Below are positions 1 to 12,356 of a stretch of 64,000 nucleotides of DNA, piece after piece. The stretch is from contig NC_068989.1 of assembly GCF_001194135.2 (NCBI RefSeq), positions 90,461,069 to 90,525,068 on the forward strand, in the 5' to 3' direction. The notes below the pieces were generated by a model. That model did no database searches, was not told the origin of the DNA, and worked only from the letters and a program-made list of their open reading frames with translations. Positions within the stretch are counted from its first letter, which is position 1. Each line of letters begins with the position of its first letter. Made by a program: the position numbers and the translations under genes. Source of the stretch: Octopus bimaculoides (lineage: Eukaryota).

Positions 1-39
1 TATACTATTTCTGTTGCTAACAGCAATTTTTTTTTTATC

Positions 40-245
40 CGGCCTGTCGGTTAATTCTTTTCTATTCTACTGGGAAGTGGTGGATTAGATCGACCCCAGT
101 ACGCAACTGGTACTTAATTTACCGACCACAAAAGGATGAAAGGCAAAGTCGACCTCGGTGGAATTTGAACTCAGAACGTATAGACAGACGAAATACCGCT
201 GAGCATTTCGCTCGGCGTGCTAATGTTTCTGTCAGTTTGCCGCCG
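40..245 (-). mobile_element. SINE family 2 copy (core GTCGACTTTGCCTTTCATCC...GATAAATTAAGTACCAG)
   Basis: The same core recurs at about 10780-10975, 13510-13700, 25720-25930, 31215-31420, 34010-34130, 42219-42448, 60510-60740 and 62235-62365. B-box-like GAGTTCAAATTC. Confidence 0.85.
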
Positions 246-327
246 GCTAATTGCAATACCTGTAATTTGTTAATCACTTTTTTTTCTTTATCAATAGTGA
301 TTAAATTTGTTTTGGCATTCAGTTGAT

Positions 328-383
328 AATGGATGTTTACTACTGATGATGCTCAAAAAAGCAGAAATACGTATTTAGCCATT
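328..383 (+). ncRNA. Minimal type I hammerhead ribozyme motif (family A)
   Basis: AATGG-(atgttta)-CTA | CTGATGA | TGC-tcaaaaaa-GCA | GAA-ATACGTAT-T | TAG-CCATT: core, stem II, palindromic stem III and bulged stem I all present. Confidence 0.65.
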
Positions 384-486
384 CCACCGCCGCTGCTAGA
401 CACTTTTCATCCATTACTGATATATTTCTACGTCGTGACGGTTAGCGTATTCTCCAGACTTTCAACAGTATATGTACGTTAAGTAT

Positions 487-534
<48 letters not shown>

Positions 535-1188
535 CACGACGGGCTTCTTTCAGTTTCTATTTTCCAGATCCACTTAAGAGGCTTTGTTTGGTCTAGAGCT
601 ACAGAAAAGGACACCTGCCCAAGATTTTTACGCAGTGGGACTGAACCCGGAATCATGTGACTGGGATCCACATTTCTTACCACACCTTCACCGCTGCACC
701 TCAAAAACTATAAACAGGTTTTGGCGAGGATCGAGCTCACAGCCTACTGCGTGTAAAGCAGACGTGACAACCACTACACATACATACATACATACATACA
801 TACATACATACATACTGAACTATTGAGAAATCTGCAGTTACTCTATCCAGATTACAAGTTCAGTTTTATACCTGTAATTATTGGAGCCCTGGAATATGTA
901 ACACGCTGTCTAAATACCAATCTTGAGAATTAGGCCTCTCAAAACCAGAAAGGAGAAAGCTAATTCGAAGACTACAGATCCAATCCATCACTGGAACTGT
1001 AAAACTTTCCAGAAGTTTATCATTTAAATATATATGAGCATGTCTAGATATGCAACTATATGCATGAGAATACATACATAAAACATACAAATCTGCACAT
1101 ACATACATACATACATACATACATACATACATACATACATACATACGTACGTACGTACATACATACATACATACATACAAATATACCC

Positions 1189-1559
1189 TGTAGTAAAGAT
1201 TGTTTGCCAACATACATGGCAGTCCTGGTTTAGGACGAATGTTGCTGTAATTTAGCCCCAGGATTTCCGGGTTATTTCTCCTCATCAGCACAGAATAATT
1301 GTTCATCAGCACAGAATAATTTCCCTTCATCAGCACAGAATAATTGTGCTGATGAAGGGAAATAACCAGGAAATCGCGATACACAGATATTGTTTTGAGC
1401 TGAGTGGGGGTGCTAGATTCCCTTGTCCGAAAATATAAGAACACAGATCATGCCGTATAGCTAGCTGGAGACGATGTCACCTGGGGCTAAAGTACAGAAA
1501 CATTCATTCTAAACTAGGACTGCCATATTATGTTATGTTGGCAAACAATCTTTACTACA
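1189..1559. mobile_element. Fold-back, hammerhead-bearing element (Penelope-like derivative, inferred)
   Basis: About 75-bp inverted outer arms (1189-1262 and 1480-1559), an inner perfect 16-bp inverted repeat (1321-1336 / 1346-1361), and three tandem copies of tcatcagcacagaataatt. Confidence 0.6.
1344..1386 (+). ncRNA. Minimal type I hammerhead ribozyme motif (family B), imperfect stem II
   Basis: TTGTG | CTGATGA | AGGG-aaataa-CCAG | GAA-ATCGCGAT-A | CACAG; an inverted, internally deleted copy lies at 1262-1293. Confidence 0.55.
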
Positions 1560-2467
1560 AAGTACTGTTGCTGAATATCTCACGTTGTGAGATTTAAAAA
1601 TAGTAATTTTCCAAATAAAAGTACCCTGTTGTTGATGTTGAAATTCCAATGAAGGGACCTTGGATCTAGGTTAGAAACCGATTCTTTCTCTCTTGGCAAG
1701 AAATCTTGAAATAGACCAAATAATGACATACATACATACAAACAAATATACCTTATTGTTGTTGTTGAAATTCCAATGAAGGAACCTTGAATCTAGGTTA
1801 GAAACCTGTTCTTTTTCTATTGGCAAGAAATCTTGAAATAAACTGAATAATGACATTCATACGTTTGAATTTAACCCAATTTCAGAAGCTTTCGTAGTAA
1901 TATTTCGTGGAGTTCTATATACGATATAATTTTACTAACTAATGTTTTGCTTCCTAGTTTTGTTTTGTGTTCTGTGTTAAAACATCCTGTAATGGCTGAT
2001 TGTCAAAGCATTGTCAGCCGACTAGAAAGCGTTATGGCTGTGTGTCCGAAGCAACGGTTTAGCTCAAACTTTATAGTTTACAACTTCTATGCTTACATCA
2101 AAATGTTACATTGGTTGTTTTGCTGATGAGTGACTTCATTTGGATGAGGTTTCTAATTCTGATTAATATGGAATTAATCATAAAGTAATTTTAAATCCAG
2201 CGATAACGATTCCAGATTAATCATAAAAGGCTGTTAATGGAATAAAATATAAATGATCATTCATAAGAGAAACTATTTGAGTCAAACACACTCATGTTTT
2301 CAATGAAACATCTATCTATCTACATTATTTACATTTGACGGATATTTGTCCTCATCTTGTTTGTTGTCTTCTACTATAGCCCCAGGTCAACCAATGATAT
2401 GTGAGTGAATTTATTTGACGGAAACTGGGAAATCTCATCATTTACATACGTATACATACAAATATCT

Positions 2468-2858
2468 TGTAGTGACGACCTATAGCAGACGACATTTCCA
2501 GAGTTTTATCCACGCATGCGCAGGGACTAGTTCCGGAAGGAATACAGGAAGAGTCTCATGCGCATGCGTAGTCATCGATATCCAAACGTTCCCGCTTCTT
2601 TCACCCTCTTTCTCGCTGGCCGACGAAGGGCCTGGACGTCGCAGCAGCCTCTCTCCAACAACCCAACTCTGGAGCTACACAAATAACCACGCAACTTCAT
2701 TGACGGCGTCTCAGTAACCAAAGGGCGAAGTGCTGCCGAATTCTATTGTAATAAATATTGTTGTGTTGATAGTTTAGAATCTGCGTTCCGTTGTTTCTTC
2801 AAGAAATTTAATGTACGGAAGCGGAGTACACCTAATGGTGTATAACCACTTCCCTACA
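2468..2858 (+). mobile_element. Solo LTR (Gypsy-like, inferred) 1
   Basis: TGTAGTGACG...TCCCTACA termini, AATAAA inside, 4-bp TSD ATCT (2464-2467 / 2859-2862). Strand taken from the AATAAA. Confidence 0.8.
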
Positions 2859-4565
2859 ATCTCATTCAGTAGCTTCTCAGAAGAGTTCATAGTGTCAAGA
2901 ACATGTGAGGCCGCGAGGAACGGAGATTCCTGTGACACAAAAGTAGCAGGTGTTGGTATTGAAGTTGGTACAGGTAGGAAGCGGAATGCTGCAAATAGCA
3001 GAGGAACAGTCGAGGCAGAGGGCTCTAGTCAGAACTGTGGCGATAGCGCACTCAGACCTGGATAATTTCAAAAAACCACCAGATTGGAAGCACCAAAGGA
3101 AAGAGCGACAGCATCTCCTCCAAGGAAAAGTCCGCACAAGTGTAGAAGAAGCAAGGGCGGGCAGGATGATGAGACTCAGCCAACAAGAGACCCGGACCAG
3201 CCGGCCCAACATATAGCAGTGGAAAATTACCTAGTCGAGTCTCCGGTGGACTGGCATCCAGCATATCAAATTTCCAATCTAGGTTGTCTACAACACTATA
3301 TCGAGTCTCACAAACCTTCACACTTGGAGCTGGAGTGAAACACTATCCTGTTCCGTATGTACAAAAAAAAAGAAAAAAAAAAAGAGGTGATCCCCTCAAT
3401 ATCTTCTCAACAGCTGCCCCAGAGCCTTAGCTGATGGCCGCTACCGCTGGCAGCATGACAAGGTGTTCAGGGCGGTTGAGGATGTAATATCGACAGCTAT
3501 TCATCCAGTTGATACCACCCCAGGAAAGAGGCCATAACTTTTTTTCAGAGTTGGAGAGAAATCCAGTTTACAGACGCTCCAACGATAATCGTACCTACTT
3601 TCCATAGCCGCAGACTGGCAGGTAAGAATGGTTCTCGTGGAACAGTTAAAGTTCCCAAATCACATAGTATCAACAACACTCCGACCAGACATAGCAATCT
3701 TCTCAAATTCCACCAAACAGGTGATCATGTGGGAACCGACCGTTCCTTTATAGGAACACATGGAGGAGGCTCATGAGATGAAGCTTGCCGAATACCAAGA
3801 GCTGGTAGAGAGTAATTCAGGAATCGGGTCTGGGAAACACGTTGCGAGGCACTAGAAGTGGCCTGTTGAGATTTTGTGCGGCGAAGCTCTGACTGGGTTT
3901 GGAGTTACTAGTGTAGCAAAGAAGAGAACTATAAATTTCATCACTGAAGCTGCAGAGAAGGCCATTAGGTGGTTTTGGGATTAAGATTAACCTGTGGGTT
4001 GGTTCTGTAGTAACGTCGTGCGCATGCGTAGTCTCACGCATGCGTGGAATTAAACAACCAAGCATTCCCGCTTCTATTCTATCTCTTTCTCGGTCGGCCG
4101 GCCATGAGCATGGACGTGTCAAGCAGTGTCCTCAACATTCCAACTCTGGAGACAGTCTCTTTCATGCTGGCCAGCGATCGAGCATGGACGTGTTTAGCTG
4201 TCTCTCTTCATCTTTCGAACTTACGCTCGACAGCTCGCTTACATCTACATAACAACGTCCCAACAACTATACTCACACACACAGAAGCAGTAGCAACAAA
4301 CAAGAGCTAAAGATGTATATATTTACCACCTGAATAAATGTTGTTTAAGCTGATAGTCTGGAAATCAGCGTTCCGTTATATTCTCTAATTTTATATAGGA
4401 AAGTCAGGTATACATCTAATGATGTATAACCAACTTTCCTATAGTTCTATTGCGATGCAAGATGGGACTTGATCATCCCTAGCTGGGTCAACTTAGAAAG
4501 GGGATCTGATGTTAAAAGTGCCGAAACTCCCAGAGACTCCAGAAACATCAATGACGATGCATCCC
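2859..4565 (+). mobile_element. Decayed 3' part of a non-LTR retrotransposon with restriction-like endonuclease (HERO/R2-superfamily-like)
   Basis: Frameshifted motifs IEVGTGRKRNA, LNSCPRALADGRYRWQHDKV and TLRPDIAIFSNSTKQVIMWE.TVP..EHMEEAHE.K (PD..E..K nuclease). A probable 3' UTR resumes after the LTR at 4444. Confidence 0.8.
4006..4443 (+). mobile_element. Solo LTR 2, related to LTR 1, inserted into the RLE LINE
   Basis: TGTAGTAACG...TTTCCTATA termini, TSD GTTC (4002-4005 / 4444-4447), clear but diverged similarity to 2468-2858. Confidence 0.78.
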
Positions 4566-6026
4566 ATCTCAAAACTATATGTATATATGCCTATGTGTAT
4601 GTGTGTGTGTCTTCTTTGTGTTTGTTGGCTCACCGCTTGACAACCTGGTGTTGGCTTGTTCACACCCGTTGCGGCAGTTCGGCAAAAGATATCGATAGAA
4701 TAAACACTAGACTTAAGAAATAAATCACGTGGCCGACTTAGGCGACTAATAGGCGGCGCTCCAGTATGATTGGTGTCCAATGACTCAAATAAGTGAAAGA
4801 TCAAGGGTGACAGATATAAAAGAAAAAAATATTTTCGAAAAAGTAAAAACCAGAAAACTTCGGGAAGGGACAGTGACCTCCCCACAATACCCCACATTTT
4901 TTTTTATCGCATAATGGTTATCAACGATGCTTAAAACATTCACATCTGAAGAAATCACGGTTGTCGGCTTGTTACATAAATTTCGACTCAGTTCTTTTGG
5001 AATTCCTTATTTTTTAGTCACGATCGATAATCAAATGTATTCCAACCGTGATCGTCATGTCTTCCAAGCGTAGTATTCTAACCCCAACCCCGGCTTCGTT
5101 ATTCCAATATGTCCTTCGTTTTATCAAACTGTAGAAATAGTAATTTGAAGCAGACTTGCCTACTGTTTCTAGCAGGGCGAGCGACCACAGGGAGCCTTCC
5201 TCGTTGACTCAATTCCAAATATCATTTTTGTTTACATGTTGAATTGTACACGCTCACATACACACACACACACTCACAGAATCTGTCACATCTACATACA
5301 CACACAGAATCTGTCACATCTGCACAAACACACACAGTATCTGTCACATCTACACACACACACACACACACAAATAAGATTCTTTTTGTTACACACACAC
5401 AGAGTCTGTCACTTATATGCACATGCAAACACAGGTAATCTCACACACACAAACTCTCTCTCCTTCTCTCTCTCTTCTCTTATGCACATACACACAAATT
5501 CCTTCGTTCTTCCATTCTTTCTCTCTCTTTCTCACACACACACATACACATGTACACAGACATGCATACACTCAGGTAAACACATTAACTCCCAACCTTC
5601 CTCTCACTCCCTTACACCCCCCCCCAGTCTTCTCCATCTGTCGCGGCTAAGGGCCAGAGTTTAGGGCTTTCCGTTAATGATCTCTGTCCCACTTCATTCT
5701 TTGATGTCATCCAACTATATTTCCATTTGTCTGTCATTATTTCTTCTTCTCTCCACAGTTCTTCGAAGAATGATCTTAGCCGTTATCCTTCCTCACGCGA
5801 TTATCCTGTATGCGTGTGTATGTGTATGTATGTGTATGTGTGTGTGCGTGTATTTCTATATGCGTATGTATGTATGTGTGTGTGTGTGTGTGTGGTGGAG
5901 GTGCGAGTATGTGATTGAGGGAAAAAAAAAACTAATTTAAAACAAGCGAAATCAGAAATTTATCAAAGAAAGGAGTAAAGGAGTGCATTTCATTTCGTAA
6001 AGTCTAATTCATCACACACAATGTAC

Positions 6027-6068
<42 letters not shown>

Positions 6069-6301
6069 TTTTACATGCACATGCATATATGATTGTGATT
6101 ATATATATGTATGTATATACATACAAAATTGGTTATGAAACACGTGTAATCTTTTTATTATATTTATCTTATGATATTTACTTTACTTTATATTATACTC
6201 ATTTATTGTGCTTTTAATTATTAATTTTTCTATATGTGATAGTGGATTTTCATCGATGAGTTCTTGAAAATTGGTTATTTTCCCTAAAACTACATATGTA
6301 T

Positions 6302-6332
<31 letters not shown>

Positions 6333-6485
6333 CACACACACATATATATACATCTATATGTGTGTGTGTGTGGTTATGTGTACGCGCGCGTGTGTATTTA
6401 TATATTACGTGTGTGTATATCTATTCTTCCAGATATTTGAAACTTACATATATATATATATATATACACACACATACATACATGC

Positions 6486-6519
<34 letters not shown>

Positions 6520-7111
6520 GTATATGTATGTATATNNNNNNNNNNNNNNNNNNNNNNNNNNNNNNNNNNNNNNNNNNNNNNNNNNNNNNNNNNNNNNNNN
6601 NNNNNNNNNNNNNNNNNNNNNNNNNNNNNNNNNNNNNNNNNNNNNNNNNNNNNNNNNNNNNNNNNNNNNNNNNNNNNNNNNNNNNNNNNNNNNNNNNNNN
6701 NNNNNNNNNNNNNNNNNNNNNNNNNNNNNNNNNNNNNNNNNNNNNNNNNNNNNNNNNNNNNNNNNNNNNNNNNNNNNNNNNNNNNNNNNNNNNNNNNNNN
6801 NNNNNNNNNNNNNNNNNNNNNNNNNNNNNNNNNNNNNNNNNNNNNNNNNNNNNNNNNNNNNNNNNNNNNNNNNNNNNNNNNNNNNNNNNNNNNNNNNNNN
6901 NNNNNNNNNNNNNNNNNNNNNNNNNNNNNNNNNNNNNNNNNNNNNNNNNNNNNNNNNNNNNNNNNNNNNNNNNNNNNNNNNNNNNNNNNNNNNNNNNNNN
7001 NNNNNNNNNNNNNNNNNNNNNNNNNNNNNNNNNNNNNNNNNNNNNNNNNNNNNNNNNNNNNNNNNNNNNNNNNNNNNNNNNNNNNNNNNNNNNNNNNNNN
7101 NNNNNNNNNNN

Positions 7112-7160
<49 letters not shown>

Positions 7161-10100
7161 AATAATATTAGGGATAAAATCCAAAATTACAGGTAAAAAC
7201 TCAATTAAAATCAATTTATTAAAAATCAAAATTAAATTAAGTTTCACAGTATAACATATATATACACATACACACGTACACAGACATATATGTTTGTATA
7301 TATGTGTATATGCGTGTATGTGTACACGTCTATACTGAGATATGTATGTGAAATTATATATACATACACATCTATATATCTATCTGTCTGTCTAATCTAT
7401 CTATCTATCGATGTATGTTTCATATACACACCCATGTAGGTGGTCGAGGGCACTTGTTATATACCAACCTTCAGTATATGTCTACGTACATGGACACTGT
7501 AATCATACTTCTACGCACACATACACCTATATATACACACACGCATATAAACACTCGCTGTCACTCTATATACGCACATGTATCCATACGGAACTATCAC
7601 CATTTGTCATAGAATCTTTGGTCTCGTTACGATCAGAGTTCAAATCTTGAGCAAGTCGATATTGTCCTTGAGGGTGTATAAAATACATACCAATAATATA
7701 TTGATCAATTCAACATCCTGTGCCAGTCATGGGAAAAACTGCGGCCCGCTGGATTTTCAGACTGGCACGCCTATGTGCGGCTCGCCTGATGAGGAACCAT
7801 GTCTGATGCGGCCCGCTTCTCAAAAAAGGTTCCCCTTGCTGGGCCTTATAACCCTTTCACTATAACTTTGAAGCTTTGCGGTTGTTTAGCTTCAATCAGG
7901 CAGATATTTAATTAAAGGCATTCCAGATTTGACCAACGGTTCTTCCTTGTTTTTTTAAAGACAATAAAGTATAATCTAGAAGAGATTCGTTTACTATTTC
8001 TAGCAAGTCGGGCGACCACGTAGAGTCCTTCCCTGTTGCTTGTTGACGATTTGCTGTCTTCTATTAATTAGACATTCTCTTTACTCGACGAAGGAGCAAC
8101 CTCTCTACCTGGCTGCTCTATCTGCTAGAACCAACAGCCAAGTTCCCCTCAAATCACATCGTACCGTCTTAGAAAAAGGTCACATCGGATTTAGCAATGT
8201 TGTCTTAGATTCTTTGCATGAGGTGGTCAAGGCTGGAGCGCCTTTGATCCTATGTCTGCTGAATCATGGCTGAGTAACACTAGTGACCTACTGTAATTCT
8301 TATTTATAATGTATGTTATCTCTTTCGTCACCTTTATGGCAAGAGAAATATTCATAATCGTTTCCTTATTAATGTTATTCTGTTCACCTTTCACCCATGT
8401 GGTGCCAGAGTTCAACAGAACAAATATCATTGGAAAACTGTTATCGATTAATTTTATTTATCTCTTCGTGCTCCCTAAATGTTATTTAATTTCAATTCGA
8501 CTCTGATCAAAGAGTCGTCCAAAATAATCTTAATATGTCCTTCACATTTATATATATATATATATATATAAAGATAGAAGTGTAATTTGAGGGAGATTTG
8601 GCTGCTATTTCTACCTAGCAGGCTGAGCCACAAAGTAAGCTCATCTCCTTATGGTGCTGTTTGATAAAAGTAAACATCAGAACGTCACACTTGAATGCCA
8701 AATAATTTGGCTTCATTTCCTGGTTGTTTGTTGCTGTTTCTGTTTATTCAGGGGAAGATGGCAATTCTAATAACCCTTGCTTAAGGGTGGAGGTGGGGGG
8801 GGGGGATATGCCCCCGTCTAAAAAAAAAAATCACATCCCCCCACCAAAACAAAACTTGTTTAATCATATTATTACCCTTAATCATGTTATTGTAATTAGC
8901 AAAACCATTCTTTATTAAAAAAAAAAATTGTGTGAGAAATATTCTGTACATTATAAGGCATGATTGTTTTTGTTACGTGGGAAAAAAAAAAATATTATGC
9001 CTTACACGCTTGTTTGTTTTATCTTTCTTCCCCGTAAAAAAAAAAAAAAAAAGTTAACTTTGCAAAAAAGCAAACAATGCCTTATTGTTGACTGTATTTA
9101 ATATTGGACGCTATTGTTAATGGTTACCCTAACGTTATTCTGTGAGTTGCCAACGTGTCCGTTCATATTGGCTGCCCGTCTTTTCTTGGTTGTCACCTTT
9201 TCGTTTTAACAAGGAAATAGTGTTTTCGCTGTTGGTGTTTACCTTAAAGCAAGCCCCACTCGAAGACAAAAAAAAAAAAAAAANNNNNNNNNNNNNNNNN
9301 NNNNNNNNNNNNNNNNNNNNNNNNNNNNNNNNNNNNNNNNNNNNNNNNNNNNNNNNNNNNNNNNNNNNNNNNNNNNNNNNNNNNNNNNNNNNNNNNNNNN
9401 NNNNNNNNNNNNNNNNNNNNNNNNNNNNNNNNNNNNNNNNNNNNNNNNNNNNNNNNNNNNNNNNNNNNNNNNNNNNNNNNNNNNNNNNNNNNNNNNNNNN
9501 NNNNNNNNNNNNNNNNNNNNNNNNNNNNNNNNNNNNNNNNNNNNNNNNNNNNNNNNNNNNNNNNNNNNNNNNNNNNNNNNNNNNNNNNNNNNNNNNNNNN
9601 NNNNNNNNNNNNNNNNNNNNNNNNNNNNNNNNNNNNNNNNNNNNNNNNNNNNNNNNNNNNNNNNNNNNNNNNNNNNNNNNNNNNNNNNNNNNNNNNNNNN
9701 NNNNNNNNNNNNNNNNNNNNNNNNNNNNNNNNNNNNNNNNNNNNNNNNNNNNNNNNNNNNNNNNNNNNNNNNNNNNNNNNNNNNNNNNNNNNNNNNNNNN
9801 NNNNNNNNNNNNNNNNNNNNNNNNNNNNNNNNNNNNNNNNNNNNNNNNNNNNNNNNNNNNNNNNNNNNNNNNNNNNNNNNNNNNNNNNNNNNNNNNNNNN
9901 NNNNNNNNNNNNNNNNNNNNNNNNNNNNNNNNNNNNNNNNNNNNNNNNNNNNNNNNNNNNNNAATCCTTATCGCCACTCCAACAACTAATTTTTATTATA
10001 GCTTTTTTTAATTAACAAAAAAATCTTGCTGGTGAAAAGATCAATGGGGGGCGGGGGAAAATTCCGAGGCTTCCACCTCACCCCACCCCATTTTTCGGAT

Positions 10101-12000
10101 CCCCAAAAAGGTTTTGCAGCTTATTAGGAGGTCAGGGTACTTGATTCTACGCAAAAAACCCGAGTTTTTTTTTTTTTTCTTATTGCGAGTGTTACTCAAA
10201 AAATTTACCGGAACCATTAAAGATGAGAGAGACGAAGCCGACGAGAGGAAAAGTTTATCTGGAACCGTGGGCGGTAATTAGTTGTGGGTGAGGGTGGTGC
10301 GCGGTACTACTCTGGTATCTCCCGCCATCAAATGTATCTGGTGTGCTTTTCGGGAATAAATAGGAAGACGCTCACTACACGCTTGTGGATGATAAGATGG
10401 TATGTGTGGTGTCAGGTCTTCCTCTGTTTTGGGGGTTCTTAACTCGAAGAATTCTAGTAATATTCTGTAGTGTATTGTTAGTATTAGACAATTGCGTTGG
10501 AACAATATGGATTTAACCATTCACACAGACGCGCGCGTGTGTGTCTTTCTCTCTTTCTTGTTTCAGTCTCATTGGACTGCGACCATACTAGGGCACTGCT
10601 ACCTTGAAGTGTTTTTAGTCGAACAAATCTACCCCAGTACTTATTTTTTTAAGTCTGAAATTTATTCTATCGTGTATCGTTGCCGAACTGCTAAGTTACG
10701 TAATATAAACAAACCAACACCTGTTGACGAGCGATGTCTGATTGGGGTGGGTGGGTGGATAAATGTAATCCTTTCTACTCTAGGCACAAGACCTGAAATT
10801 CTGGGGGGGGGGGGAGGTCGATTTGATCGACCTCAGTACGCAACTGGTACTTAATTTATCGACCCCGAAAGGATAAAAGGCAAAGTCGACCTCGGCGGTT
10901 TTCGAACTCAGAACGTGAAGACGGACGAAATACCGCTAAGCGCTTTGTCCGGCGCGCTAACCTTTCTGCCAGCTCAACATATCTATCCATCCATGGTGCG
11001 TGTGTAAATTTCTTTTTGACTCTTCGCACGTACACGTTCTTTCACTGGTTCTTGTCTTTGAGTGCAACCATGCCAGAGATCCTTCATCTGTATTTTATTT
11101 TTCTTTTGCGGTCGATCACTTCAATCCAATTTCTTATTTTAGTCTACTATTCATTTTATCCGTTCCTATTTTTCCTAAATGGGTTAAATCATCTGAAATG
11201 GTTGTCAAACACCTAATACGGGAGAGAGATTGGGCCGAACCCGAATACACGTGGTTTTGATGCGATGGTCTTAACCGCAAAGTAATGCTTGCTGATATCT
11301 ATGTGTGCATGTGACAACACCCGTGTTGTTTGTATCACATCCTCTGTGTGTGTGTGATATATATCCAATTCGTTCTGTATATCTCGTCAATGTATCATAT
11401 ATCCGAAAAAGAACATTCTAAAGCAGAGGTCGCCAAACTTTTTCTACCATCAAACCCCTTTGGTCACTTTTCCTTCCGCATCGGCCACCCTCCTCATTTA
11501 AAATATCTTAATACCCTACCTTACCGTACCATATCTTAAATGCGTACCGGGTACTGATGCTGGCAATTAAAATATTAGCTAAAATATACATGTACGACAA
11601 ATTAAGAAATTCTATCGACGATGACACACTTTTTACATTTAAAACTACGTGGACGAGTCTACAGTATTAAACTTTGAATTTTTATGAAATTGTTTCCACG
11701 GTTAAAAGATGTGAAAAACGCATCATATTGCAGGAATATCTTTCATTGAAATTGACATCATTGAGAGGGATGGGCATGGCGCTGACTAGGTATTCCAAGC
11801 AATTCATCTGGGTGAGCTGGTCTTTCGTACGCCGACCCCTTGGCTATCATCAAGCCCCTGTAATTCCTCGCCAACCCCCTAGAGCAGTAATGTATTAAAA
11901 GTAATTAATTTAATGTCCAGTCATATAGTGACCAATGGTTTCGCATCCACGGAGGCCTTAGCCTCGCGGACATCTCGCCAGACACTAAAGTCGAAGACAG

Positions 12001-12041
<41 letters not shown>

Positions 12042-12043
<2 letters not shown>

Positions 12044-12157
12044 GGTATTTTTTTTATAAGCTTAAAGCAATCACCGTACAAATGGCCAAGGAAAATGACC
12101 ATTTTCCATAGTCATTTATTTGCACGGTGGTCGCTTTAAGCTTATAAAAAATACCAT
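12042..12157. mobile_element. Palindromic MITE-like element
   Basis: About 42-bp near-perfect inverted arms atggtatttt...aagcttaaagcaatcaccgtacaaat / atttgcacggtggtcgctttaagctt...aaataccat. Confidence 0.65.
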
Positions 12158-12356
12158 TATTATTATTTACAGAATTGTAAAACTTGGCACCGCTTAGCAA
12201 AACCATTCACACCGAAATATATATACATAAATATATGCATGCACATATATAAACAAATGAGTTAAATACGCAAACAACGAGAGAGCAAAAAGGACAAGTA
12301 AAACAACGACCCCTTCATCAGTTGTCGGCTCGAACCAAATATCAAGCAAACTTGGG

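Noticed and set aside
1282-1345. Three direct 19-bp repeats resembling a mini CRISPR array
   Set aside because: Spacers are only 2-5 nt, the context is eukaryotic and no cas genes are present; explained as a junction duplication in the fold-back element.
2468-4443. A single full-length LTR retrotransposon bounded by the two LTRs
   Set aside because: Each LTR has its own TSD, and the interior is an RLE LINE with no gag/pol, PBS or PPT.
5222-5940. His/Thr- and Val/Cys-rich ORFs (also about 29135-29670, 37472-38094, 44289-45284 and 62525-62890)
   Set aside because: Translations of (CA)n/(GT)n and triplet microsatellites.
6271-7254. Long ORFs containing X runs (also near 9135, 12561, 19970, 21784, 32092, 33469, 34130, 39792 and 48254)
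   Set aside because: They are read through assembly N gaps and microsatellites and are not evidence of coding sequence. The real coding pieces at 20570-20897 and 48700-48873 are listed separately.
11425-11890. hAT-like MITE starting CAGAGGTCGCCAAAC (similar hints at 7720-7835 and 59940-60005)
   Set aside because: No matching opposite TIR or 8-bp TSD could be identified, so it was not called.
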